A stretch of 64,000 nucleotides of DNA. It comes from Vicugna vicugna (taxonomy: Eukaryota). Every line of letters begins with the position of its first letter. Within the stretch, counting starts at the first letter, position 1. The stretch spans positions 5,702,302-5,766,301 of the forward strand of contig MU058065.1 of NCBI GenBank assembly GCA_013265495.1. Reading direction: 5' to 3'. Shown piece by piece: positions 26,801 to 38,905 of the stretch. Below the pieces are notes generated by a model. That model made no database searches. It saw nothing but the letters and a program-made list of their open reading frames with translations, and was not told the origin of the DNA. A program made the position numbers and the translations under genes.

Positions 26801-28914
26801 AGAGAGACATATATTTATTCTAAGACTTGTGACAACAGGATACACCCACTCCAATTCATACTGTAGATCCTCCACTGCAGGATCAAACTTTCCATCTTTT
26901 CCTCACTCAAAAGTCTTCAACGGCTCTCCTCTATCTTCAAAGAAGTCCTAGCTTTTCAGCCTCATATATCAGATTGCTTCACTACAAGACCCTGACTTTT
27001 CTAAATTTTCCTTCCCCTTCTGCTCAAAACAGCCTGGTCTACTCACAGTGCTAGAAATACAGCTGACTTGGTTGCAGTCCTCTCATTTTCTGACACAACT
27101 CCTTCTACTCTGCCCAGCTCAAGACCTACCTTCTCCAGGAAGCTTTCTCAACACGTAACACTGCTGGACTTTTCGCTATAATCACTCACTTTACATAAAA
27201 GTTGACTGGGTGTTTCATCTGTATTTCTTTTTCTGATTGCAAAAGTAGCACGTACACTTATAGAAACTTTCAAACAACACTAAAATGCATGCCATAGAAA
27301 GAATAACCACTCATTATAGCACTAAGGTATTGGTATTACTGTCACCACTGAGACTGTCATCCTTGAGAGCATCTTTTGGTATTCATTACTGCATCTAAAA
27401 AGAGTACAACTATAAGGTAGGCATGCAGAAATTTTTTTTAATTTTTTTGAAAACACAAGCACAGACTAAAAGGATGCTGCAGAAATAGTACAGAGAGATC
27501 CCCTTATACCCTTTTGCACCCTTAAAATGACCCCCCAATGGTTATATTTTATATGGAGTACAATATCAAAACCAGGAAAACTTAGTTCTATGCCATTTTG
27601 TCCCATGTAGATTCCTGTAACCACCATCACAATCACAAAACTATTTCACCACTGTAACACTCTCCCTCCTGCTACCTCTTTGGTCACTTGCACCAGTGCA
27701 CCCACACACTCACACGCAAACACCCATGCACACACACACGCACGCACACAATCATCCCTAATCCCTGGAACCAAGTCAGATTTTTGCTGAATAAATTATC
27801 AAATCTTAAAACCTTGTATTAAGGTTTTTCTATGTACTAGACACAGGATAGATACAGACATGATTCAAGGACTCTACCCACCCTCAAAGAGCCTCCCAGT
27901 CTAGAAAAGGAGATAGTACACGTGCACAGTTAATATTACAAGCCAGAAAGTAAAACTGCTATAAAGAGAGATTCCACAGATACCATCAATAGGGGTACAG
28001 AGTGATGGAAGGCAGTTGACATTAACTAAGCAATATGGGCTAGACATATGTTACTTCATTTAAATTTTATCAGAATCTTCTATAAAGCACTGTTAAACAC
28101 CTCTTACAAATACGGAAACTGGAGCTCAGAGAACTTAAAAATCTCAGCTGAGATCATATAGCTGGTAAGAAGTTGCTACTTCTGTCTGATCTCAAAGTGA
28201 GGACTTGTTCTGCCACAACTAATGCCAACCACTACTGAACAACTACTATGGCTCCACTCTGCCCAGGATCTGAAGGAAGAAATTATGATTACTACCAATT
28301 TTGAGCACTCACTACGTATGTAAACACTGTACTAAATGCTTTATATGAATTAAAATTAACCCCCATAACAACCTTTGAGTTAAGTACAATCATTATGCCA
28401 TTTTGCTGGAGAGGAAAACTGAGTCTCAGAAAACTTAAACAACTTGGTCAAGTTTGAAAGAGTTGGGATTCCAACCCAGGTGGGGTCTGACTTCAAATCT
28501 TGTGCTTTTAGTTATACTTAACGCTATGCCACAGAACAATGATTATAACCACTTCTTGGTCTCGAAGGGTTAACAGCAGAGTAACGACCATTTTCCTCTG
28601 AGAGAATCAGGGAACGCTGGAAGGAAGTGGCCCTCGAATTTGGCCTGGAAAGATGGCTATGGTTTAGACTGTCAAAAGACACAGGACACCAGACCGAACA
28701 AACCCCGGAGGAGTGAAGAAATGAACTGTTTGACACCCAAACCCTCGTGACCTTAAACAGCTGCAACTCCATGACTTCTAAAGGGAAGTGACTCTGGAAG
28801 GTAGGAAGCACCCCATCTTGCCCTAGCATCAGCCCACCCGGAAGTCCACTCACCGGACTCCCGCAGCAGCCACGCGAGCTTCCACACCAGGGAGTCCCGG
28901 GGGGCGGTCGTCAT
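14847..28914 (-). CDS. STK11IP: Serine/threonine-protein kinase 11-interacting protein (LIP1), complete CDS, 1075 aa
   Basis: 24 coding exons, all GT-AG and phase-consistent: 28914-28854, 26777-26572, 26382-26308, 26032-25937, 25548-25441, 25325-25254, 24201-24075, 23811-23708, 23588-23493, 23232-23191, 23000-22854, 22657-22573, 22007-21654, 21476-21271, 20961-20845, 20744-20567, 18872-18651, 18554-18451, 17395-17298, 17199-17021, 16804-16723, 16482-16412, 15929-15682, 14996-14847 (3228 nt). Protein starts [21 protein letters not shown], has leucine-rich repeats ([32 protein letters not shown]), a Glu-rich region and CxxC motifs, and ends ...GLDLDQ*. Confidence 0.96.
21670..21755 (-). repeat. 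Glu-coding (GAG/GAA) low-complexity repeat in a STK11IP exon
   Basis: (CCT)n arrays on the + strand translating to [26 protein letters not shown]. Confidence 0.85.
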
Positions 28915-29460
28915 GGCCACAGGACGCTGGGGGCGGAGCCTAAGAAAAAGAGGAAGCGGAAGAGCTTCAGGTGGGTGGTAGTGCCAAAAGGCCAGGACGT
29001 TCGCACAAAAAGACACGGGGAGAAAAGAGCATGAAAGAGCAAGAAAGAGCACCTCCATGGTGCCCTTCCAAGGAGTAAAAGGCCCGGTTCCAGCCGACTC
29101 ACCCTCGTATGTGATCCTCCCACCAGCTCTGCAGCCCGACGCCTATCAATAATGGAGAGGAAGTCCCGCCCCGGAAGGGAGGCGCTCCGGAGGGGCGGCC
29201 GGAAAGCAGGACACCGCTGCCGGAAACCACGCCCTAAGTCGTGCGAAAGTGTCGGTTGGGGGCGGTGCCCGCTGATTCGCGCGGGGGCGGCCCTTCGGCT
29301 TTTGCAGCTGCTGGGGCCCCGACCCCCGCCCAAAGCTGGACCCCTGTGGCTGCCGCCCCTTTGTGGGCCCCGCGCGGCCTGGGACGCTCTCTGCGCTCGC
29401 CTGGGGCCCCTCCCGGCTAGTGAGGAAAACTTGACTCGTTGTTTGCAGACTGGGCGGGGA
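28850..29460. promoter_or_regulatory. CpG island promoter of STK11IP with a short non-coding first exon (~29147-29103)
   Basis: CpG-rich, multiple ETS-type CCGGAA motifs and GC boxes; GTGAGT donor after 29103 and acceptor before 28939 on the minus strand. Confidence 0.75.
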
Positions 29461-30829
29461 AGCAAAGTTTGGAGAAAAGGAATTTTCTGTTAGGAAAAGA
29501 CCAGTCCAAAGCAACATTCGTTTTCCAATTAAAGGAGAGCGTGTCCACCATAGGAAGGAGTTTTTCGACATCTGTGTGAAAGAGCTGGGGCTGGTGGAGG
29601 TGCCACTTTTGAAGTTCCTTTGACGATTTTTCCTTAATCTCCCTCCAGACTCGCTTTTCTTTTTCCTTCAGCAATGTTGGGCTCTCATATTAGCGATTGG
29701 TAACTCTCCACATGCAGCTCGTCCTTTATTTTTACTGTGTTTAATCTCGTAACACCCGGTTTTAAAAGTTGTTACTGTTTCGGGTTTGAAAATGAGAAAA
29801 CAGACTAACAAAGCCTGAGTTACTTGCGAAGGTCGTTCAATTAGTAACAAATAGCGTCAAGATTGCCAAAATTTTTTTATTCTAAGATCCCATTGCAGCT
29901 TTCACCTAGCTCTGGGTCAAAAAGGACATCTATTACAGAACTAGACTAAGTAAATAATAATGTCTCCTACCAGAATTTCTGGTTTTCAGGGAGGTGTTGG
30001 TTAGTTGCTTCTTTTTTTTTAATGTAGTGCCCAACTTTCTGATTTATTTTCAAAATGAATCGTAAGCCAGTTGAGAGTAGAATTAAGATCAGAGTCATCT
30101 TTATCCCAAGTTGCAAAATTTGAAGGATCTTATTTTCTAAAGACAAAATATTTGAAATGGCAATATATATGCCACTAAAGCACAAAGTTTGGCGATTATG
30201 TCATACTATGTGTGAACTGAGCAGAAAGCCCAAAAGGGAGTGAACCGGACTAAGAGGAAACACATCAAGAACAGGAAAGCAGTATACAAATGTAAAGTAA
30301 AAGTAGGACCTTAAAATACTTTTGTAGAATTATTAATCCCAGAAGAGTGATGATTGTCAGTCCCTGTTTATCAGTCACTCAGAAGTAGGGAGGGCAGTTC
30401 TCCCAAACTCTTACTGCTAATTCTAACCTTTGTAGACAAGAAGAGACAGATTCTTTTAAAGTTTCTGACACTGCAATGCTTTGAAATCAGTGTCGGGGTG
30501 CCTCCAGAGCCCACAGTTTGTCACCATATGGGTAGCCCCTGTAGCCAGATTTGTTCTGCAGCCCCTTGAATGTGAAAGGGGGACAAAGAGCAGCAAAGAA
30601 AACTGAACTGCAGAGAGAGAAAACATCTACTGAGAGAAGCAGCAACAAGAGACTATACAGTTCTTTTTTCCAGCCCTCTGGGAGGCCCACTCCCCTTTCT
30701 GCTCTTGGCCTGCAGAGGAGGCCTTGGCCACCTTCCAAAGAATTCTCCCCACCCCATCCCCTTTTTTCCCCTAAGTTAGTTTCCATGTATTTCTGTAAAG
30801 TGCTACCATAAGAACCTGGACTAAGACAA

Positions 30830-31450
30830 AACCTTTTCAAAAACTTAGAGAGTGAAAGGAAAAAAAGTTATTCCGTTCACCATAACAGAAACAAGAAAGA
30901 GAGAGTATATACCTAGAACATTTTGAGAAATAAGCCATATCGATACTAAGAAAATCAGAAAACTTTAAGGACATTAGAAATGGCCTAAGTAAATGAAAAG
31001 ATAACATGTTCCTGATGAGAAGATTCAATATTATAGTAATGTCAAATTAATGCAATTTCCGTCAAAATCTCAATGGGAAGATTTTGGAACTTGACAAGTT
31101 GATTCTAAAATTCCTCTGGAAGACTAAACACACAAGCACTGCCAAGAAACTTTGTGGAGGAAAAAAGCACAAGAGGCACTTCTTGCCCTGTCAGATAGCA
31201 AACTGTCCTATAAGGCCACAATAACCAAAGCAGCATGATACTGACAAAGAAATAGACAAATATTGACAGAAACAACTAAGATTACATGGCAATTTTTTTG
31301 TTTGTTTTTACTATCCACAATAAAATTGACTTTAATAGTTTAAATGAGTGTTCAGTAGTTTTGGAACAACTAGCTATGCATCAGGAAAAAAACTAAGCTC
31401 CTTCCCTTATATACACCACACACATTAAATTCCAGGAGGATTAAAGAGAT
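30830..31450 (+). mobile_element. Old L1 ORF2 3' fragment (L1M-type)
   Basis: Degenerate ORF2 motifs (AAGATTCAATATTATA..AATGTCAA, GACAAGTTGATTCTAAAATT, TATAAGGCCACAATAACCAAAGCAGCATG). Confidence 0.65.
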
Positions 31451-33446
31451 AAACATTGTTTTAAAAATTAAATCTAAGGACTCTTTGAAGTTTGAAGTTC
31501 AAATTCACCTCTTAAAGAATTATTATCTTTAAAAGGCATGCAATGCTATTTTAAAGAAATTGTCCTTAAAAAGTAATATGTGTATGCCCTACTACTGCAC
31601 AATTTCATATTACCATGAATGAAATTGTGTTTCTCAAATAAATGCCATGATATCTTGCTCTTACACTCTTTTGAGTTTTATTCCCAAAGAATAACACTCC
31701 ACCTAAAATCAGAAATGCGCATCAGGCTTCACCCCCACGTTATTGTGTGAGGAGAGAAGTGAGTTGTAAGCAGCTGCTACTGGTAGCTTCCCTGCCACCC
31801 CTAAGTTTCCTGGGGTAACATCTGCAAAATGCTTGTTACCAAAGGGGTAAGGGAAGGTGTGCTGGTTACTAGCTTAGGCAACAGGGATGGAGGGAAAGGA
31901 AGAAAGAGTGTCTTGACACAAGAGCAACTACCAGAGAATATAAACTTCAGCATCCTGGTCCAAATCTTGCTTGTTCCTGCTACCATAGAACATGCAATCC
32001 CCTGGACTGTTGCCCACAGGGGAACAGAAGTAATAATTCATTTCTAGGACATGAGCCATTGTCTTGGATCTGGACCTCACCACTCTGGAGCAGATCGAAT
32101 GACTGAGATCTAAGGATTTCTCCAAAATGAAAAATTCACACTTGAAATTTCTTTGTAGGAAGGGAGGATGAAATTAGATCATTTACTTGTTCAGTCAACT
32201 AGGTATCTTCATGGAGCAGGAAGGAGGGGGCACATGGAAGAGAATGAAGAGGTGTCGGTATTACCTCCAAAATTAGATTTGATAAAACAGTTTGTACTAG
32301 AGAGGAGGCCATGTGCCTGGCCCCAACAGCCCCAGGATTGAGTGATCAGAGGCAGTTCTGTCTACGTAAGTAACCACACATCATGTCTCTCGGTTCTGCT
32401 GCCAGACCTAGCCACAAAAGATTGGCCCAGGAATTGGCTGAATCACCAAAAGCAAATCAGCAGCATTGCAGGAGATCTAGCATGAGAGCTCTGCACTGGA
32501 CCGTGACCAAGCAAGCCCATCCAGCCTGGTTCCGGGAGAGACTGAACATGAGGTGCACAGAGGGAAAGCTGGAGAGGCAGAAGCCAAGTTCAGTGTGAAA
32601 TCAGAGAAGCTGGAGCCTGAGAGTGGCTGACTGAAAAGCCACAAAATAACAATATTTCAGTGACCCAGAGGCAGATGTGGTCACCTAGCCCAAGAGGAAT
32701 TTGCAGTTCTGCACAAAATACACTGAGGGATTCCCTGAGTGGCTTCATAGTAAACCTGAGGTCACCAGAGAGTGCCTTTAATTGTCTACCCTGGAAACCC
32801 ATGAAATCATCTGAGAAAGGGGTTAAGAAGGGCTATAAGAAAGATCGGCCATGTTCTTAATTCAGAACACAGAAAGAAAAGGATGAGATGAAAAATACAT
32901 TCCCCATTCAAGCTGATAGGAAAAGAGCAAAAATCTGATAGGAAATGTGAGTGGAGGCACCTATGGAGAAGAGAAGAAAGCAGGCAGAATCTCGGGGAGG
33001 AGGAGAAAGTCACTGTTCCAGGCATAACCCAGGGAAGGCCAGTTGGCAAAATCAGGTACCTATGTGACAAGTGTCTTCATCTCAATTCTGCCTACACACA
33101 GGGCTGGAGAGAGGAGAGAAACGGTCCATGACAAGAGAAACTGCAAGTGAAATAGCAATAAAACCTGCAAAGTGAAACAGGATACGAGAGAGATCAGAGG
33201 GCTTAGGGTCTCCAGGACCAGGAGAAGGGGAAAGGCAGAGGCTGCTTTAGAATCTCAGTCTTTGTAGAACCTCAAAGTTAGAGCAGCCTTTCATTCTTTC
33301 ATTCTTCAACAAATATTTACTGAGCCCTGAATATGTGCTAGATTCTGTGCTGATTCCGGGTAAATACAGGCAATGACAGTATGCCTCTTGTTCTCAACGA
33401 GCTGGCAGTGTGGTGGAAGAGATGGCAGCGATCACATCCCAACATT

Positions 33447-34024
33447 GTATCTGCTTCCTATTACTGCTGTAACAAATTACACCAAACTTAGTTACTTAAG
33501 GCAACACACATTTATTATCTTATAATTCTAAAGATCAGAAATCCAAAATTGATCTCACTGGGCTAAAATTAAAGTGTCAGAGTGGCTTTGTTCCTTTCTA
33601 GGGGTTCCAAGGCAAAATCTGTTTTCTTGTCTTTTCCAGCTTCTCGAAGCTGCCTGCTTCCCTAGCTTGTGGCCCCTTTCCATCTTCACAGCCAGCAATG
33701 ACTGAGTGATTCTTTCTCACATCGCATCATTTTGACACTGACTCTTCTGCCTCCCTCTTCCACATTTAAGGATTCTTGTGATTACATTGGGCCCACCTGG
33801 AAAATCCAAGATAATCTTCCTATTTTCAGGTCAGTAGATTAACAATTTGTAGATTCCATCTGCAGTATTAATTCTCCCTCCCCATATAGCATAACATATT
33901 TACTTGAATAAATTTGACATGTAACATTGTGTCAATTTAAAATGTACATATAACATTTGCACAGGTTCTGGGGATTAGGATGTAGACATCTTTAAGGGAA
34001 GTGGACATTATGCTGCCTATCACA
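33447..34024 (-). mobile_element. MaLR LTR (MLT1D-like), solo
   Basis: TGCTGTAACAAATTAC..AAACTTAG..CTTAA..CAACACACATTTATTATCTTA at one end and CAGGTTCTGGGGATTAGGATGTAGACATCTTT...CTGCCTATCACA at the other. Confidence 0.8.
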
Positions 34025-34752
34025 AATGTGATGCATGGTAGAGACAGTGCGATGGGAGATGGTTCTGGTCCAAAACTGAATACATGCTGCAGCCTCTCCC
34101 TCCCATCCCAAAAGGTTAGAAATAACAGAAGAGATGTAAAAATGAGTAGATAAATTCATAATCATCCTGGACAACAATGAGAACCCTTGGTGGACCAGAA
34201 ACCATGAGGTATCCCTAAAAGAACGATGGCAGGTGGAAACTGATCAGAGAAGAAAACCACAGCCCAAAATGTGCACAGCAGTAGAATGCCACAGGAGTTG
34301 AAAACAGCATCAAGGGCCCTCCATGCCCAAAGAGGGTGGGTCCTGGAAGCTCCTGGGCTCAGGAGCCACCAACAGGGCACTGATTATTCAGCATGCCACA
34401 GCATGTCAACCACTCAACATACACTCCCCCTTCTTGTCCAATTCCAGCAGGATTATTTGCCTTCAGGTGGGAGCAGTAGATATAAGATCTTTAGATGGAG
34501 AGAAAGGACAGTGTTCCTGGTGACTAGATACATAGGAGGAAAAGGAATCACCCACTTGCAGAAGATGAGGTAACAAAACAGCCCCCCATAGCAGTTACTG
34601 ACAGAAGAGTATGATATACATCATGACATGCTCTCATTACCCTTTTGCTAAGAAATGTACAACGGAGAGAACAAACGGTCAAACAGAAATCTGAAATAAA
34701 GGATAAGCTTCCAGCCAATAATTACCAAACGTTGGGAGAAAGTCAACATCTT

Positions 34753-34884
34753 TGTTTTTGTTTTTTTGGGGGGAGGTAATTAGGTTTATTTACTTTTTTA
34801 TTTGACTGGAGGAGCTGGGGATTGTACCCATGACCTCATGCTTGCTAAGCATGCACTCTACCACTGAGCTATAACCTCCCCACA
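34753..34884 (-). mobile_element. tRNA-Ala-derived camelid SINE (vic-1 type) with a 16-bp target-site duplication
   Basis: Minus strand reads GGGGAGGTTATAGCTCAGTGGTAGAGTGCATGCTTAGCAAGCATGAGGTCATGGGTACAATCCCCAG...TAAATAAACCTAATTACCTCCCC plus an A-rich tail. TSD AGAAAGTCAACATCTT at 34737-34752 and 34885-34900. Confidence 0.85.
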
Positions 34885-34904
34885 AGAAAGTCAACATCTT
34901 AAAG

Positions 34905-35805
34905 GACATATCAAATCCAATGCATAGAAGAACTTTCATGCAGTGAAATAAATCATAGAGCAAGAATAGGACTTCAGTATAATTATTACATTCTTGGATA
35001 GAAAAGGATATCACAATGATTTTTTTAAAAAATCAACTGAAAAATTGAACATGAATATGAAATAACAAGAACCCCTCAAAAGAATGATCAGAATGAGCAC
35101 AGCTAAAGGGGTACATGCCTGACTGGGAGGGTTGAGCAAGTATATTTTTCTATCACATAACACAAGACAAAATATGCAAAGTATTTTATTTTTGAAAAAG
35201 CTAAGATACACAGAGGGTTGATCTAACACTTTCAGTATCAGTTAATATAAAGTTCTGAAGGAGAATAAAGAAAGAATATGAAAGGAAGTTATCCTCAAAT
35301 AAGTAAAAGAACAAAATATCCCAAAATTGAAGAAAAAACATGAATCTTCAGTTCAAAAGGGCCCACCAAATGCCAATTAGAATCCCTTTTTCAAGCTAAC
35401 AATGTGGCTCTATTATGGTGCAATTTCAGATGCCATGGTAAGGAGGAAATCTTGAAAGCTTCCACTTAGGAGATGGGGGCAGGGGGAGCAGATGAACTAT
35501 AAAGGTATGAGAATCGTATACACATTAAGTCTCATTGAAAAACAGGATACAAGAAGCAAATGGAGAGAATTTTTCAAAATTCAGGGGAAAAATATCTTTG
35601 AATCTAGAATTGTATACACAGCCCAACCGCCATTCAAGTGTGAAAATAAAAAGACTTTTTTCAGTTACAGGGGACTCAGAAAGTTTATCACCTGCAGACT
35701 TACTCTGAAATAAGCAGTAAAGGAGGAAAACGATACTAAGAAAAATGAGCCCAAGAAAAGGGAGAGGCCAAAAGCAATGGTGAGCAAAGACTTTAGTAAA
35801 TTTGT
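34905..35805 (+). mobile_element. Old L1 ORF1 remnant (L1ME-type)
   Basis: Degenerate ORF1 motifs (CATGAATCTTCAG.TCAAAAGGGCCCACCAAATGCC; GAATCTAGAATTGTATACACAGCCCAAC..CATTCAAGTGTGAA). Confidence 0.6.
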
Positions 35806-35901
35806 TCAAGCTCAGGGTAGGACAAAACAGGAAGGAAAAAAAGGGGGTGAGGTGGGTGGGGAGAAACATTGAAGGCATAAGAAGGCAGGGAGCTGGCAGA
35901 G

Positions 35902-37121
35902 ATGGTGAAGGCAGCACCTAGTCCACAGAGTAGAAAAGGAGATCTTCAGGGCTGTGACCCTCAAAAGCACAGGATTTGCAGAATTTGATAAGAATGTGAA
36001 GACCTTGCAAAGAAATCTGAAAATAACCAGAGTGATGATGTATTGAGAAATAAATTGACCTTGGCAGAAATGTATGAAGATGAATGGAAATGCAAATCTT
36101 CTAAATATGATAGACCTAGAATTACGGTCTTTAAAAGCACATGAATACCACCTCAAACATTTTCCCACTATTGGGGAGATGTTCATTTATTTGCTTGATG
36201 TGCTGACTACCACATCACTCCATTGTAAGGTCTGGTCAAGTGAACATGGATACAGTGGATTACATATAATTTGACCTTCCACTGGGCAAATTGTGAATGA
36301 ACTTTGCAAAGAGGCAAGGGAACATGGGACTGTTCCTCTGCATTTAGCCTCAAGAGCTTCAGGTGGTAACAAATCTAACTCATCTACAGGTGGAGGGTAC
36401 AGATTGGATTATTCCTTTTGTAAGCGGTCTGAATACAACAATGAGAAAAAAAATTAGCTGCGAGATGTTCAGATTCTGCTTAAACTGTGACGTAACAGTT
36501 TTAGTTTAGATAATGGAGAACTGAGACCTTACAGTCACCCAATAAATGTTCAGTATCTTGAATTTGTTAAGAGAAGGGTGGCTCTCTTTGCACACATGCC
36601 TGAAACTCAGCAACTTATATTAGAAATTTTTTAAAGTGGCATTATTGATGGCAGAAGATTTCAAAAGAAATTCTCCTGGAGCTTCTGCAACTGGTTCAGG
36701 GTGACCAAGTGAATTTGGATATGCAGGGTCATCAAAATCAAGAATACATACAACCTAGAACAAAGCTCAAGGCTTTTTAGTAGAGAAAGCAAAAACTTGG
36801 AAGCCTTACACCTGAAATTGTCAGTACGTCTTCCTCCCCAGAAGCGAAGAAGAACTCAGTACTTAATGCAGTTGTTCCTGCGGACGCTACAGTGCCCGTG
36901 ACAAAAATTCATATCAGGTTAGCAGCTGAGAGTCACTTGATACAAAGATTCAACAGTACACACAGAATCCTAGATGTTCCCGGCTTTATTGTACATTCCC
37001 ATCCTGAATTTGCAACTCTTGACTTCGTTCTTGTGTCTTTGTTTCCAGAGAGCCCACAGATGAAAGCCTGATACGAGAAGCAGGTATTCCTAATGCTGTG
37101 ATACTCCAGCAACTAAAATAG
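35902..37121 (+). pseudogene. UBXN2B: Processed pseudogene of UBXN2B (UBX domain protein 2B / p37), full CDS with stops and frameshifts; 3' UTR-like sequence continues downstream
   Basis: Intronless segments translate to ..RRSSG..AQDLQ / LTLAEMYEDEWKCKSSKYDRPRITVFKS / SSEHGYSGLHII*PSTGQIVNELCKEAREHGTVPL..TGGGYRL..FCKRSEY / DVQILLKL*RNSFSLDNGELRPY / KLGSLTPEIVSTSSSPE..TKIHIRLAAESHLIQRFNSTHRILDV..NAVILQQLK*. These are collinear with the recalled UBXN2B SEP-UBX protein, with several in-frame stops. Confidence 0.92.
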
Positions 37122-37745
37122 CATTGTTCCGAGCCATGCAGTAGCAGATAGGAAAGGTGATGTGCCACGTTAATAAGGAAAATACTTCCAGCATGAACAC
37201 AATCAAATTATTTTTATTACTTTTCCAGATACATTTTTGGTTTATTCTATCTTCCAGCCTTAGTATAGATACATTTGGACTAGGAATAGCTCTTGAGATA
37301 AGTATGTTTTGAATTTTTAGTTGCAAGTCTGGCTTAAGTTGATAACTTTTGTACATCCAGCCAAACCACTTTGTTACATGCTCAGTGTTAATGTAACAAC
37401 ATTCTTGGGCAGAAACAAAAATGAGCAAAACCCCTTTTTGATAAATCATTTGGTAAAATTTGCATTTCAGTTTCTTGATGCTGCATTGACCAATAGCCAT
37501 TAAGAAATCTTTTTGTCAAATAAGTTGAAAGGTTTTTGTCATATACACTGAAAAGTATTTACATTCTGATTTTGAAATAGTTTGATCATATAATACTTAT
37601 TTCTCCTATTAAGATTTTATGCATCTTTTAAATTATTGATTTAGCTATATTACTAGTATCAAAAAATACAGCTTGGCATTTTGGAGGAGGGTTGCTGAAA
37701 AGGTTTTTATTATTAAGATAGCATTATTTAAGGTAGGTTTCTGAC

Positions 37746-38905
37746 TTTTTTATACATACACATACTTGTTTTTGTATTCTTTTTCATTATAGGTTAATAC
37801 AAGATATTGAATAGTTTCCTGTGCTATACAGTATAAACTTGTTATTTATCTATTTAAAATATAGTGGTTAGTATTTGCAAATCTCGAACTCTCAATTTAT
37901 CCCTTCCCACCTTCCTCCCCACCAGTAACCATGAGTTTGTTTTCTATACCTGTGAGTCTGTTTCTGTTTTGTAAATAAGTTCATTTGTCTTTTTTTAGAT
38001 TCCACATATAAGTGATGTCAATTTTTCTTTCTCTTTCTAGCTTACTTATCTTGGAAGACAGTTTCCAGGTCCATCCATGTTGCTGCAAATAGCATTATTT
38101 TATTCTTTTTTATGGCTGAGTAGTATCCCATTGTATAAATATACCACAACTTCTTTATCCAGTCATCTGTCGATGGACATTCAGGTTGTTTCCATGTCTT
38201 GGCTATTGTATATAGTGCTGTGCTGAGCATTGGGGTGCATGTATCTTTTCGAATTAAAGTTCCCTCTGAATAGATGCTCAGGAGTGGCATTGCTGGATCA
38301 TATGGTAAGTCTGTTTTTAGTTTTTTGAGGAATCTCCATACTGTTTTCCATAACGGCTGCACCAAACTACATTCCCCCCAGCAGTGTAGGAGGATTCCCT
38401 TTTCTCCACACCCTCTCCAGCATTTATTGTTTGTGGACTTTTTAATGATAGCCATTCTGACTGGTGTGAGGTAATACCTCATTGTAGTTTTGATTTGCAT
38501 CTCTCTAATAATTAGCAATATTGAGCAGTTTTTCATGTGTCCATTGTCCATTTGTATTTCTTCATTGGAGAATTGCTTGTTTAGTTTTCTGCTCATTTTT
38601 GGACTGGGTTGTTTGTTTTTTTTCTTATTAAGTTGTATGAGCTATTTATATATTCTGGAAATTAAGCCCTTGTCAAATATTTTCTCCCATTCCATAGGTT
38701 GTCTTTTTGTTTTCTTTATGGTCTCCTTTGCTGTGCAAAAGTATATAAATTTAATTAGGTCCCTTTTGTTTATTTTTGCTTTTATTTCTATTTCCTGGGT
38801 AGACTGCCCTAGGAGAACATTGCTTAGATTTATGTCAGATAATGTTTTACCTATGTTTTCTTCTCAGAGGTTTATAGTGTCTTGTCATATGTTTAAGTCT
38901 TTAAG
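37746..38905 (-). mobile_element. 5'-truncated L1 (ORF2 C-terminus plus 3' UTR), relatively young
   Basis: ORF 38042-38596 encodes [59 protein letters not shown], the L1 ORF2p C-terminal cysteine-rich domain. T-rich tail at 37746. Confidence 0.92.

Noticed and set aside
29417..29674. 85-aa charged ORF upstream of STK11IP
   Set aside because: Non-ATG start, no recognisable homology and no splice support.
33890..33960. Apparent hairpin (TTGACA...TGTCAA) inside the MLT1 LTR
   Set aside because: It looks like a tiny L1 3'-end fragment flanked by ATAACAT repeats, not a structured RNA.
34810..34881. Possible tRNA-Ala gene
   Set aside because: It has a degenerate B box, a SINE tail and a TSD, so it is a SINE.
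36074..36274. 66-aa ORF inside the UBXN2B copy as evidence of a functional retrogene
   Set aside because: The copy has many stops and frameshifts, and this ORF starts out of the parental frame.
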